This document shows, one piece after another, positions 50,683 through 63,210 of a stretch of 64,000 bases of DNA (position 1 is its first letter; every line of letters starts with the position of its first letter). This stretch comes from Chiloscyllium plagiosum (Eukaryota): positions 67,273,065-67,337,064 of the forward strand of contig NC_057719.1 of the NCBI RefSeq assembly GCF_004010195.1, in the 5' to 3' direction. Position numbers and translations under genes: made by a program. The notes under the pieces were generated by a model, which was given only the letters and a program-made list of their open reading frames with translations, made no database searches and was not told the DNA's origin.

Positions 50683-51939
50683 ATTAAGCATTTAAATGCA
50701 TCTTCTCCAATATTCATTGCCTGAGCTATGTCTGTGGATAAACTAAGTATCTTCATGTTGATAAACTAATAACTGGACCAGAACTCCCTTCTTCACTGCA
50801 GTTCACAAATTCAAAAACATCTAAGAAGCACACCACACTTAGCCTCAGCATCAGTATCTGCCAGAGTAACCATGGCAACTACATTACCATGACCACCACT
50901 AAATATTCCACATTAGCATATGTTCCATCACATACTAAACTCACAAACTTACGTAAATATCACCTAAATAAAACTGAATTATAGAATAGCTTGAATTACA
51001 ATAAGCTTAGAACCAGACAATACCGAATTACAAATAGATTTTATTGCAATTGCCAATTTAAAAGTATTTTGGTCTTTATCATTGAAGTGGCTGTTGACTC
51101 CTCATTGCTATTCTGTCATTTTTAAAATTTCCTCCTTTAAAATTCTTTCTCTTATTTTGTTCTTTTTTGGTATTGAGAAAAACAGCATGTCATGATATGT
51201 AAGAAAAGGACACAGACTATATTTCTGGTAAGCATTGATGCTATTTGGAATTCACTTTCTATTTCCTCTGACTCTGTCAGTTCTTAATTCAACCATGCCC
51301 CCTACTCCTGCTAACCATTAAGTCCCATCACTACCTCCAGCTGTCTTTTAACTACACAATCCACCACTGTATTACCAAATTTATCTTATCCTTCATCCTC
51401 TAGTTAATTTTCCTTGCTTAATCCCACCCAAGAACAGAAAATTGCTCCAGACTGGAGAGGAGCCTATAGCAGGAGATGGACAGGATCCAGTAACCATGGA
51501 AGATGTTGGAACCAATGATATAGTCAGGACTAGGAAAGAGTTCTGAGGAAACTGAACTTCAACTCTCTGCACTATAACCTGAGCCACAGGCATACTGGCA
51601 TAGGACAAATTAGATTAGAGAAACGAATGCATGACTCAAAGACCGATGCGGTGGAAATGGATTCTAGTTTGTGGGGCAATAGCATTAGTACTCTGGAATG
51701 TGAGGACTATATTGCTGGGATATTCTGGAACCAGTGTTCTAGTGAGCCATGTAGCCAAAGAAATAAGGAGAATTTTAAACTAAATAGTGGAGCAAGGGAT
51801 CACATCAGAGATGATATATTAAATCAAAATGTAAAGCCAAAGCAAGAGAGAGATGTGTTAATATGGAAATGATAAACAGACTTTGACAGGAAGAGATAAA
51901 AAGAGCAAATCAAGAGTAAAATCATCACTATGGCAGAAA

Positions 51940-52260
51940 AATAGAAACTTTATCAAAGTATTGCATTTTGCTCTCATCAGGACAATTCACAAGAATATAA
52001 TTTCAAGGGGGAAACAAACATTCACATTGCATTAAAGAAAAATGCAATTAGAGGAAATTAGATTTTGATTTGTAGCTGCACTGCGATCAAAAATGTACCA
52101 ATTAGTTATAATTGACAGATAGCTGCCAAGCTTCTTTTAGATTTTAAAGTGGTTTTAAACTGGGGATGTTGATTTTAATGATCAAGATATTGACCTGAGA
52201 AATGTATCAGCGAATAGACATTAATGAACAAGATCTTAAACCTGGTGATATTACATTGCA
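51940..52260 (-). mobile_element. Old Penelope pLTR remnant (family D)
   Basis: ctctcatcaggacaattcacaagaa..ggggaaacaaacatt resembles 4860-4900 and the reverse complement of 5430-5490. Confidence 0.5.
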
Positions 52261-52389
52261 CAGACTAGTAAGTACAGAAATAGGGACATAGTGAAAATGA
52301 ACCTAGGGCTACAGAGACAGTAGGTAGAGGAGGGAAGTTTTAGATTCCTGGGAGATTAAAAGTAGTTTTACAGGACATGGGAGCTTTAG

Positions 52390-53870
52390 AAATCATACAG
52401 ATTGGCACCACCCTCTGGCTGAAGAAATTCTGCTTCATTTCAGTTCCAAAGTGTTGTCCTTCACCCTGAGGCTATGCCTTCAGGTCCTAGTCTTTCCTAA
52501 TAGTGGAAATATCTTCTCCACATCCACCTATCCAGGCCTGTCAGTATTCTATAAACTTCAATCAGATTCCCCCTCATCTTTCTAAAGTCCAAGAAATACA
52601 GATCTGGAGTCCTCAAATGCTCCTCATCTGACAAGCCCTTCATCCCTGGGATCATTCTTGCGAACCTTCTCTGGAGCCTCACACAGCCTTAGCAGTACAT
52701 CTGTGCTCTTATTCTAGCCCTCTTGAACTGAATGCTATCATTGTATTTGCCTTCTTAACTGCCAATCAAAGCCACCCATTGACTGGTGGTGGAACACCTC
52801 ACCTTCCACCTCGGACCTGACAAGCACATGGCATCAATATTGACTTCGCCAGTTTCCAGATCTCCCTGCCACTCCCACCTTATCCCAAATCCAATCCTCC
52901 AATTCAGGACCACCTTCTTGACCTGTCCTATCTGTCCATCTTCCTTCCCACCTATCCGCTCCACCCTCCCCACTGACCTATCACAATCACCTCCAACTGA
53001 ACCTGCACGTTAAGCTTAAGAGAATGCTAAACTAGGACTCCTAAGTCCTTTTATGCTTCTGATTTCTGAAGCCTTTCCCCATTTAGAAAATAGTCTACAC
53101 CTCTATTCTTCCTACTGAAGGTACACAAGCTCACATATTCCCACATTACATTCCATCTGCCATTGCTTTGCCCAATGTGCTAGCCTATCCAGGCCCTTCT
53201 GCAACCTCTCCACTTCCTCAACACTACCTATCCCTCCATAAACTTTGTGACATCTGCAAATTTTGCAACAGTGCCCTCAGTTCCTTCATCCAGATCATTA
53301 TTATATAACATGAATAGTTGTGGTCCCAACATGGACGCCTGTGGAACTCTGTAAGTCACCACTGCCATTCTAAAAAAGACACCTTTATCCCTACTCTTTG
53401 CCTTCTGCCAGTAAGCTAATCCTCTACCCGTGCCAGTACCTTTCTCCTAACATCATGGGCTTTTATCTTATTTAGCGGACTCCTGTGTAGCAGCTTGTCA
53501 TAGGCCTCCTGGAAATCCAAATGGATCATGTCCACTCAATCTCCTTTGTCTCACTTACTCCTCAAAGAATTCCAACAGATTTTTCAGGCATTACTTCCCC
53601 TCAATGAATAGGGCTGACTCAGCCCTATTTTACTATGCATTTTCATGTATTATGCAATCTCATCATTAATAATGGACCCTAAAATCTTGCCAACATCTGA
53701 GGTCAGGCTAACTGGCCTAGAGTTTCCTGTGTTCTGACATTCTCTCTTCTTAAACAGGGATGTTACAGTTGCTAGTTTCCAGTCCTCTGGAACCCTCCAT
53801 GACTCCAGTAATTCCTGACAGATCATCAGTATCTACAATATCCTTAGCTATCTCCTTCAGAATACCGAGG
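52390..53870 (-). mobile_element. CR1, RT to 3' region, flanked by other CR1 remnants (51440-51940, 53870-54190)
   Basis: QRRFARMIPGMKGLSDEE..RKMRGNLIEVYRIL (52497-52682); KFADVTK and RPVSLTS motifs on the minus strand. Confidence 0.85.
52775..52997 (+). mobile_element. Penelope GIY-YIG C-terminus / 3' UTR fragment
   Basis: EHLTFHLG..HGINIDFASF across a frameshift; homologous to 9950-10090 (-). Confidence 0.75.
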
Positions 53871-54199
53871 TGCATTTGTGAAAATCTTTTAGTCAGTACT
53901 TGCAAGGTGTAACAAGAGAAAGGGAAATTCTGGATTTAGTTGAGGGAATGAAGCTGGGCAGGTGAAAGGGATATTTAGTGGGATAACACTTTAGTGCATT
54001 AGACTGAGATTTAGAAAAAGGTGAAAGATAGGTCAAAAGCAAAATTTCTTAATTTAGGAAAATGACAATTTTACTAAGGTGGAATGTGGTTTAGCAAAAG
54101 TGAAGGTATACCTGAAGGTAAATTCGTGTTTTCTCAATGGGAAGTAATAAAAGTGGGATGGTGAGGATCCAGAGCAAATATGTTCCCACAAAGAAAAAA

Positions 54200-55310
54200 A
54201 TCACATAAATTGCTGTCTACATCACTATATCATGACAATCTAGATGCAACATCTATGTCTGAATCTGTATTCATCAAACTCATGAACCTAGCAATTCATT
54301 CATTTGAGCTCAGTTTCAAAACACCACATGCGGCCCAAATAGATGCTGCTTTCATGGACCCACCCTAGGGTCAGACCTTTGTCAGTTACTATGTGAAATG
54401 TGTCTTTGATGAAAAGACCACTAACCTCCTATCCCTTGTAAATTTCTGATGTGTAGATGCCACACTTACCAAATTTGAATCTATGGCTGCATTAAAGAAT
54501 TTCCTCACACAGTTTAATGAGCTCCACCCTACACTCAAATTTACCATTGAAATGAAATAATCAACAGAGCTCCGTTTCCTCAATGTATTAGTTGAGAAGT
54601 TTGACAATGGGTCCTTGACTACTATCCATTTACAGCCTATGATCACTGGTCAACATAAATTTGGGTCTCTTACAGTCCTATGCACTATAAGATCAATCTT
54701 ACTGACAACCTCACGAGCCATCTGCTCGCTATGTTACCTTGATGCTGAGATAGGACATATCAAAACTATCTTACATTCAAACAGTTACCATGATCAAATC
54801 AACACTCATTGTAATCACAAAAATGAAAGAAAGTGTCTACATCTACTACTTATGGCCTCAAGTGGGCCCAGTCTTCCTTGGATTATCCTGGAAGGGCAAT
54901 GTTTCTCAAATATTTTAACAACAGGTGAAGCTAGCTGTCTCACACTACTACTATGTAGTAAACCCATTGTTGCTGCCAACCCAAAAAGATGTTTTCCCTA
55001 CAACACAAAGGAGTACTGTGATATATGAGTTTCAGTGCCAGTTGTGAAAGTGGTCATATAGACAGCTAATTTCTGCATTCTCATGGCAATAGTGACCAAT
55101 CAGAATCTACTTTCTAGGTCTGAGATTTAAGTTGACAAGTGACTGTGTTTTGTTTCTGCATCTCTGTGTCAATGATGAACCAAACAATCAGTACCCTCTT
55201 CTCATGCTCTATAAAATTGCGTCCTAGTTCTGATGACAGCAAGACAAAACGCTTCAACGTCTTGTCTCCTTTTTGCAGTGTCTTATTTTGTTCTAACAAG
55301 CAATTATTTG
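54200..55310 (+). pseudogene. Decayed Penelope-like RT with pLTR (family D parent)
   Basis: FLTQFNELHPTLKFTIEMK*STELRFLNVLVEK..TTIHLQPMITGQ (about 54500-54650), RAICSLCYLDAEIGHIKTILHSNSY; pLTR with CTGATGA near 55229. Confidence 0.8.
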
Positions 55311-55859
55311 CTCCCAAACTTAGAGTCCATGAATATCAAAGCGCATCAAGGAACAGGATAAAACAAAAGTAGGAAGCCTATGTCAGATACCAAGAGCTCA
55401 CCTTTCCTCATTCTTTATCTCCAAAAGATGATGAAATTGCAACTAACAGATCCATGTCTTGATTTGGTGTCTTGATTTGGTGTCTTTGCTGACAGTTGGG
55501 GAGGCCAATTCTTAAGAGGCAGATTCTGCTCTAAGTGTTGCACAGGAAACCACAAATGTAAACGTGGGTTGCTTTTTTGGCATCGAAATTTGTGTCAAGC
55601 CACTGTAGTCACTGATCATCATGGTCGATAGGAGATCTTGTTACTTTCCTATGTTATAAGCTTGTGACATGGATGTGCATTAGTTAATAAGTTGTACCTG
55701 GGAAGTTGTCCATATTGTATAGTAGATCCCTGAAGTAGAACAACTTGACTTAGATGGTGATTATCTCTAAAGCACAAAGCTTGCAGTACTACAGCCAGGA
55801 TTCTTGATGAGATGTAAATAACTTGGTATGAACTAAAGTGGAATTCAAATTTGAAACAC

Positions 55860-57800
55860 AATGGATTATTTTCATTTACATAAATTAATGATTTGTTTTC
55901 CGAATAGGAAATACAAACATTAGATTTAATGATATCACAGTAAATATCTTTTACTTATCATAATGAATTCATAATTTTTCTTTATATCTCTTTTAAGTAT
56001 TTTCAGTTAACATTGTAAAACATTGCTAAGTTGATACTTAAGCAAATAAAATTAATGTCTGATAGCCATTAGACTATGCTGTACAAAAGGAAATGTTAAA
56101 TGGCTTTAAAATCCCCTCTCAGCCAATCAGATTTCATCCTTAAATTATCTATCGGGTGGAGAAATTAGTGAAATAACTTTGAAGATCTTTCCAACAAAGG
56201 CATATATGTTGATCAACGAAGTGAGCAAAGTGAAGATATCAACCATCATAATAAGTAGTAACACCCCATTCTGATTGCTAAATGTGATTGAATTAAATAG
56301 CTCTATGTCAATGACTCAAGCCACAAATCATAATAAATTGAAATAGAGATTAACTGTTTAAATACTTCCGCCATGGGATATGAATTTAATATAGTGCTGG
56401 ATTCTTATTATAATACCAGCAGAATGATGAGAGTACTCTGTTGAGTGCACTAGATCTCCTTGATGACATTCATTAATTCATAAATTAATAAAATACACCT
56501 GGATATGTATGTATATTATACTATCTGTCATAATGCATTTTTAATTAAAGTATGATTTGACTGTTCTGTAGAACATGTTCACACTGTTTAGAAATGTAAT
56601 CAGTTCTATTTACCTTCACTGTAACACTGAATTATTAGAGATTAGTTAATATAAATCCACTCACTGACAGAGATAATGAACAAATAAACTTAAATCATTA
56701 TGATTGGCAAGCTCAATCATAATGGACTTAATGTCGTCAGACATGTTGACTGCTACCAGATTACAAACAAATTTTCTCCAGACTTCAAGTTTCCTCCCTA
56801 TGTTATCTAAAGAATTTTTTGTACTTTTTTTCCTTTGTGCTTTTACAGTCTGAAGTACAAAACTAGGAAAAGTATATTTCTAGATACTTTGACAGAGACT
56901 AAAAAAGTGAGAATTGTTCTTCCAGACTGAGAATGGTGTTGGCATTCATTTAAAGTTTGCTCTGAAACAGACTATAAATTGATTGCCTTGATGCCTGCTT
57001 TAATCTCCATATAGCTTTTAATTGGAGCCATTAGTAACTAGTCTGTAACTGCTGTGTTATGCAGTTGAGATGAATAATCGAGCATAAGAGATGATAAGGG
57101 GTCTTGAAGTTCTACCAATTTTTATCAACAGAATGTGAGTTATACACATTGAGGGTATAGGAAGGCATTTATGCCAGGATTTTGTGGGTCAGTTCATTTT
57201 ATGATCTACTATGGTGTTGTATGTGTATCTTGCCTTTAAGAGAGATCCCCTTTAAGGACTTCATGTAATGTGTATGTATAATGTTCCAACTCTGCCCAAC
57301 AGTTCCTCTGCTTTGTGTGTACCAGTTAAACTCAGCACAGAAACCAGTTGATTTGTTGCAATGTCTGCTTAATGACTTATGCATTTCACTGCTTTAAATT
57401 AACTAATCTACAGAGTTAATCTATCTGTGATGAGTGATTAATTATTAACTATTATCATCAACACAACGTGGTGAACAGTGGTGGAAAACCTTACATTTAT
57501 GCAGCCCTATCCTATTTTGAGCAGTCAGTCAGCAAGTTAATCCACAGGTGAAACACACAGCTGACAGGCATAAATCATGCCAAAGTACATGAGATAAACC
57601 TCAATATCTTTGTTCATTACAATGTCAGAGTGTTGAAGAAACAGCTTGCTGGTAAGCAGATAAATTCCAAATGAGAGACCAGTTTAACTCACTTGAGAAT
57701 GATCAGAATGTGCATGCGATCGAGTAAGGGAAGTTCAAAGAATTACCGTCAGAACACCCTCAGACATTTCCTAGTTTAATTTGCAACAAATCAGACCTTC
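55860..57800. promoter_or_regulatory. Candidate cluster of conserved non-coding elements / enhancers
   Basis: About 2 kb with no recognisable TE, AT-rich, dense in TAAT/ATTA, TGATTGAA and TGATTAAT motifs; no long ORF. Confidence 0.4.
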
Positions 57801-58169
57801 TAACAGAATTTAAATGTTCAAACAGCATTCAACACATTGGGACAGAATCTTTTCAGGCATTGAATGCTATGGGCACTGATTAGAAATTTGGGAATATTGC
57901 AAAGAATGGCAATGAAGGGCTTCTCGGCATCAAGAGCAAACATCCCATTTTTAACCAAATGTTGAAAAGCATGATGAGCTTCACACTACTGAACAGTGAG
58001 CAGCCTATTTCCAACTATTTTTGTCCCACTAACATCAAATGGCCTCATTTATATGTAATATCCCATTTTAACACCTGCCCCATTGAAACTAGACAATAAC
58101 ATTTGCTGACATGAAAGTCTGAACAGTTAGCTGGCAACTGCAGACTGCCACTTGCACCTCAGGACCTCC

Positions 58170-59050
58170 ATCTGTATACCCATGACTGTGTCGCCAAATA
58201 CCAGACTAATGCCATTTAGAGGTTCGCTGATGACACCACCATAGTCAGTCGAATCTCAGATGGCGACGAAACAGACTACAGATGGGAGGTGGCAGACTGA
58301 GAAAAATGGTGCACTGAGAACAACCTAGCTCTCAATACCAGCAAAACCAAGGAACTCTTTATTGACTTTCAGCTGAATGTTACTCATACCCCTTACACAT
58401 TAATAGCACAGAGGTGGAACAAGTGGAGAGTGTCAAGCTCCTAAGAATGGTCATCCACAATAAATTTTCTTGGACTGTTCATGTGGATGCACTGGTTACA
58501 AAGGACCAACAACATCTCTTCTTCCTCAGGCAGCTGACGAAATTTGGTATGACAGCGAATACCTTTGCCAACTCTTATAGGTGCGCCATCAAGAGTATCC
58601 TGTCTGGATGTATCACTACCTGGTATGGCAACTGTACCATTCAAGACTGGAGACGGTTACAGAGAGTGGTGAACTTGGCCCAGACAATCACAAAGGACAA
58701 CCTCCCATCTATAGAATCCATCTACCAGGCTCACTGTCAAGGAAAGGCCACCAGCATTCTCAAAGATCTATCCCACCCTGCAATGCTTTTCTACAACCTC
58801 TACCATCAGGGAGAAGGTATAGAAGTCTGAACACATGAACCAGCTGGTTTCACAACAGTTTCTACCCTACTGTTAAAATACTGAATGGACTCAAAAACTC
58901 TTAACATTCGCCTGTATCTGTGTTTTGGTTTTTCAGCTGTTTACCTATTATTTACTATCTATGCTACTTGACTCTGTGATCTGCCTGCATTGCTCGCAAG
59001 ACAAAGCTTTTCACTGTGCCTTGGTACACGTGACAATAAATTCAATTCAC
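58170..59050 (+). mobile_element. Rex1/Babar-type LINE, 5'-truncated
   Basis: YTHDCVAK..RFADDTTIV..LALNTSKTKELFIDF; ORF 58414-58830 (RLQRVVNLAQTIT); tail gtgacaataaattcaattca. Confidence 0.9.
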
Positions 59051-59289
59051 CTTGGTCAGTAGTTACCAATATCTCAGGGAATGCTCCATGAATAGCTAAT
59101 GCATGCAGCCTATATTTACAGGTGCTGGGATTTGACATATACCAGTCTCACCACACCTTCACGGCACATTCCAGGTTCATTTTCTTGGTGATTCTGCACT
59201 TCCGTGCTGCATGGTGGATTGGAATGTCAGATGTGCCAGCAAGCCAAGGATCAGCTGCAACCTCTAGCAGGTCCAAATATGTTCCCAAT

Positions 59290-60200
59290 GAAAAGGACAA
59301 AACTGAATGTCCCTTCATTTACGGAGAAGCCCGGAATCTATTGTCGCCAAATCCATTTCCTCAAGATGAGCAAAGTGCAGTGTCGCTGCAGACTGAGGAT
59401 GTCTCATGACACTGTCCTAGAATTAGGCCACCTGCTGAAGCAACATCTGGGACATGAAGGACTGGGTGGCAATCCTGTCCTGGTCAGCACCAAGGTGACA
59501 GCGGCACTTTAAGTTTGTGCAACTGGCTGCTTCCAAGGAGCCTCTGGGCATCTGTGTAGAACCACTCAATCCTCAATCCACAAATGAACTAAGACTTTCA
59601 TTGATACAATTTCTGTTGATCACACGTGTAATGAATTTAGTGCTGCAGCCAGGCAATAGGCTGGCTCTCAATAGGTGCAGGCTGCTATAGACTGTACACA
59701 CACCATATTGATAGTGTCATAATATGACATTATCAACACATAAGCAGTCCATTCCATCAGTGTGCAGGTCACCTGAGTTTCAGTACCATATCTTGGCTAA
59801 ATGCGCTAGGAATCCTGGGACCTGCTATGATGCCTATATCCTTGCATTTTCTCATGCTTCTGCTTTATTTAAATGGTCAGGTGCCTAACAAAACCTTGGG
59901 TTACTGGGAGACAAGAGTTATCCTCTGACATCATAGCTGATAACTTATTTATGTAACTCCCTGACTGAGGCAGAATGTAGATATAATCCAACCAAATCTT
60001 TGACCAGGGTCATCATCGAGCAGACGAATGGCTCACTGAACATCAAATTTCACTACTCGGCTTTGTTGGGGGGAACCTTGCAGGACATTCCAGACATAGA
60101 ATACAGCATAACACTGGCATGCTGTGCACTGTACAATTGGAGCATTCAAATAGGTGATGTGATGGATTCTAAGGAGCCATGTGAGTGGCAGAGTCTTTTG
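59290..60200 (+). pseudogene. PIF/Harbinger (HARBI1-like) DDE transposase pseudogene; the element may start at a TIR-like gggacagaatctt near 57839
   Basis: QCRCRLRMSHDTVLELGHLL..KVTAAL*VCATGCFQG, VQAAIDCTH (59675), PGTCYDAYIL (59815), LLGDKSYPL (59901), TRVIIEQTNGSL (60003); stops and frameshifts. Confidence 0.88.
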
Positions 60201-61024
60201 AAGAGGAAGATGAAAAATATCACCTTCTGCATTATAGAGTGCTGCAGTAACAAGCCAGACAGAACTTCACTGACATGCAGTTCCAGTCGATGATAGGTGG
60301 ATCCAGTGATCATTCATTGATTGGAAATTTGTCGGAGTTTGAAAAGCAAGCAGTCCTCATCCACTCCCAGAGTTAAATACACCTTCAGTCTGTTCATTTG
60401 TTGTTCACGTTTGCTGTTGCTAAGTAAAATAGAATGTTTTGAACTGTTTCAACTGCGTGTGGCATCATCAGATTGGGTGGAACAAATGCTACTTCACCTT
60501 GAGGCCAGGAGTTCACGCTGGGCCAAAAGACTGCCATAGGCTACTGAAAGACCACCATGCCGCAGCGAGAGACCATCACGCTGGGCTTCTGAGAGACCAC
60601 CATGCTGGAACAAGTGATTGCCATACTTCTGATTGAAGCATTGACTTATAACTAAAGCATTATGCAGATTAATTTGTATCAATTGTTATTTGTGAAGGGA
60701 ATTCAAAGATTAAAAAAGAAAACAGTTTTGTTTTGGTCAATTCAAGCAAGGTAACTCATAATATAGACATTCTGAATGTAGTGTTGAGGGACAGAGAGCT
60801 TGGGATATCCTTCTGACAACAGCAAAGGACTTAGGTGTTTTAGTTTTTTTAATTAAAACTCTCACTAATTTTCACTAAGTCCTGGCCAAACTTACAGACC
60901 AACAGATTAAGGTGAATTCTTGAATAGGTTAAAAATGATTGGTATAAGAAGCCTATTGTTTTGTAACAATTTAGATTCCACAATCATCAAAAGGAAATGA
61001 AACCTCCAATAAGAATTTGAGAAA

Positions 61025-61270
61025 TTGGGTCTAGTAGAGCTGTTAGCACATTCGCTTCTGAGGCAGAAGGTTGTGGGTTAAGTGCCATTTGAGGACAATA
61101 CTAAAGGCTGATACTTGAGCGAAGTGTTTCAGAACTGCTGAACTAATCAAGGTGGCTCTTTCACATGAGATGTTAAACTGAGGCGATGCAACATCCTCCA
61201 TGTCCTGGTTTATATTTTACCCTTAATTATTCCAGAAAAAAGAACAATGTGCATAGGAAGGTGCAATGCA
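61025..61270 (+). mobile_element. DeuSINE remnant
   Basis: gttagcacattcgcttctgaggcagaaggttgtggg head and ctttcacatgagatgttaaactgagg Deu-domain start. Confidence 0.6.
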
Positions 61271-61394
61271 TTCTTGCAGTCATTCGTTAAAATTTTGACA
61301 TTTCAATTGAAAAAGAGATGGAGAGAAATTCTCAATCAGTTGGATTCAGACGGTTTTGTTTTAAAGTGTAATCAAAACAGGTTGCATGAGTGAG

Positions 61395-61503
61395 GCCTTT
61401 TGTGGCACAGTTGTAGTGTCCTTACCTGTAGACCAGAAGGTCTGGGTTCAAATCATATCTGCTTCAGGGGTGGGTAATACCATCTTTGAACAAGTTGACT
61501 TAA
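61395..61503 (+). mobile_element. Very short tRNA-derived SINE
   Basis: gtggcacagttgtagtgtcc..ccagaaggtctgggttcaaatc; matches 28125-28226. Confidence 0.6.
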
Positions 61504-61589
61504 GAAAAAATGTTGCACATTTGTTCTTTTTACAACCCGATTCTCTCTTCACCTATGTACCCTGTAAGATGGGAGTGGAGTAGAGCTTC

Positions 61590-62405
61590 CTGGGTTTCCT
61601 ATGCTACATTCGCTTTCCTTTTCTTCATTTCCACTCTTTTCTTCCCCTCATTTTCTTTGTTATTTTACTCACCTCTTGTTGAAGAGCTCAGTTGTGGCGA
61701 TGGCATTAGTGGCAGCGAGGGGGCCCAGTGCGGACTCATAAGTTCCTAACAACTTTTGCATTGACGAGGTAATTCTAGCATTGTCTCATGACTGCTGTGG
61801 CCTTGGCAAGTGCAGATTTGCTCATAGCGGAGATTCATGGGAGGCAGGGGCAGGTTTGGGCCCAGTAACAAAGCCAGCAGCTGTATTGGTGAGGTGGGCC
61901 TGAAATGGACTCATGGCAGCAGTAGAGTTGAGTTCGGGCTAGTGTAGTCCTTGGCTGGATCGATGCCATGTGCATTGGCAAGGACCATGGGGGACTCGCA
62001 ATGATGAGGGTGTTGGTGGAAGCAAGATGGCGCCGAAGACTGGCAACTTTCGTTCCAGCGGTGGCAAAGGGATCTATGCCTGCCCACCAGGCTCATGGCC
62101 CATGACAGAGCACTTAGTAAGAAAGATTGTAAAGTTGAACACTTTTTCTTTATCTTTTTATTATTTTGATTTTATATTCTATGTTTTGGTTTATTTTTCT
62201 GTGTTTTAAGAAGGCACTGAAGAGTGGTGACACTGTAGAACACGTTTTGCTAAATTTTGTAACAAAGTACATGTGTGACAATAAATAGGTCCTGAAGAAG
62301 GGCATGTGCCCGAAACGTCGAATCTTCTGTTCCCTAGATGCTGCCTGACCTGCTGTGCTGTTCCAGCAATAAAGTTTCAGCAATAAATAGGTCAAATCAA
62401 TCAAC
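61590..62405 (+). mobile_element. Non-autonomous element with a Rex1/Babar-type tail
   Basis: GC-rich body (caagatggcgccga) ending gtacatgtgtgacaataaa..tcaaatcaatcaa like the Rex1 tails. Confidence 0.5.
62292..62380 (+). mobile_element. 89-nt hammerhead-bearing PLE-derived mini-insertion
   Basis: 13-bp TSD caataaataggtc at 62279-62291 / 62381-62393; CTGAAGA-a-GGGC atgt GCCC-GAAACGTC at 62292-62319. Confidence 0.88.
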
Positions 62406-62469
62406 ATCACAGAAAGAGAGATTACTGACCATTAATGGAGTGTCATAAAATCAACATAATGAAGTATGA

Positions 62470-63210
62470 AAATCTGAAATAATACTAGAAAATGTTGGAT
62501 ATATTCAGTTGGTCAAACAGCATCTCTGAAGTGAGAAACAAAGTTAAAATTTAAAGGTGCGAGCTTTCATCAGAACTGAAAATGTTAGGAATGAGATGGG
62601 GCATTGATGGGGTGATGTGACAAGGACTAAATGGAAGGTCAGTGAAAAGGTCGCGGGGCAGGAGAAATTAAATGCTTAAATGTTTCATGGTTCAAAAGCT
62701 AATTCAAAAATAAAAAAAGCAAACAGTAAAGCTCTGAGATAAAGTGTAACTGGCTGGATTGCAGAAGTCCAAGTGGAAGTTGAGAGAATTAAGAAAGAAA
62801 CAAAACAGAAAACACAAGATTAGGGCAAAGGTTATGATGGAAAATTGTTGACTTGAGTGTTGAGTACAGAAAGCTGTGGAGACAACGTATTGTTCCTTGA
62901 ACTTGTGTTGAGCTTTATTGGAGCAGGCCATGAACAGAAAGGGCAAAGTGGGAGCTTGGGTAAGAATTGAAATGACGAGTGGCAGGAAGTTTCGAGTCAG
63001 GTTTGTAAACTAAATTGAGGTGGTACCCAGGGTATGTTGGCCTCTCCAGTGTAGAAGAGACCACATCATAAGCATCAAATACGATATACTAAAACTGAAA
63101 GAACAAAAGTACATCGTAGCTTTACTTGGAGGACTGTTTGGCCCTTGGATAGTGAGGAGGGAAGAGTTAAAAATACAGGTGTTACCTTTCCTGTGCTTGC
63201 AACAAAAGAT
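62470..63210 (-). mobile_element. Old Penelope-like remnant(s) (family E)
   Basis: pLTR cagcatctctgaagtgagaaacaaagttaa..ttcatcagaact; pieces resembling the GIY-YIG C-terminus at 62780-62990 (cf. 10020-10190). Confidence 0.5.

Noticed and set aside
59204..60293. Domesticated HARBI1 gene
   Set aside because: In-frame stops and frameshifts; looks like a decayed transposon copy
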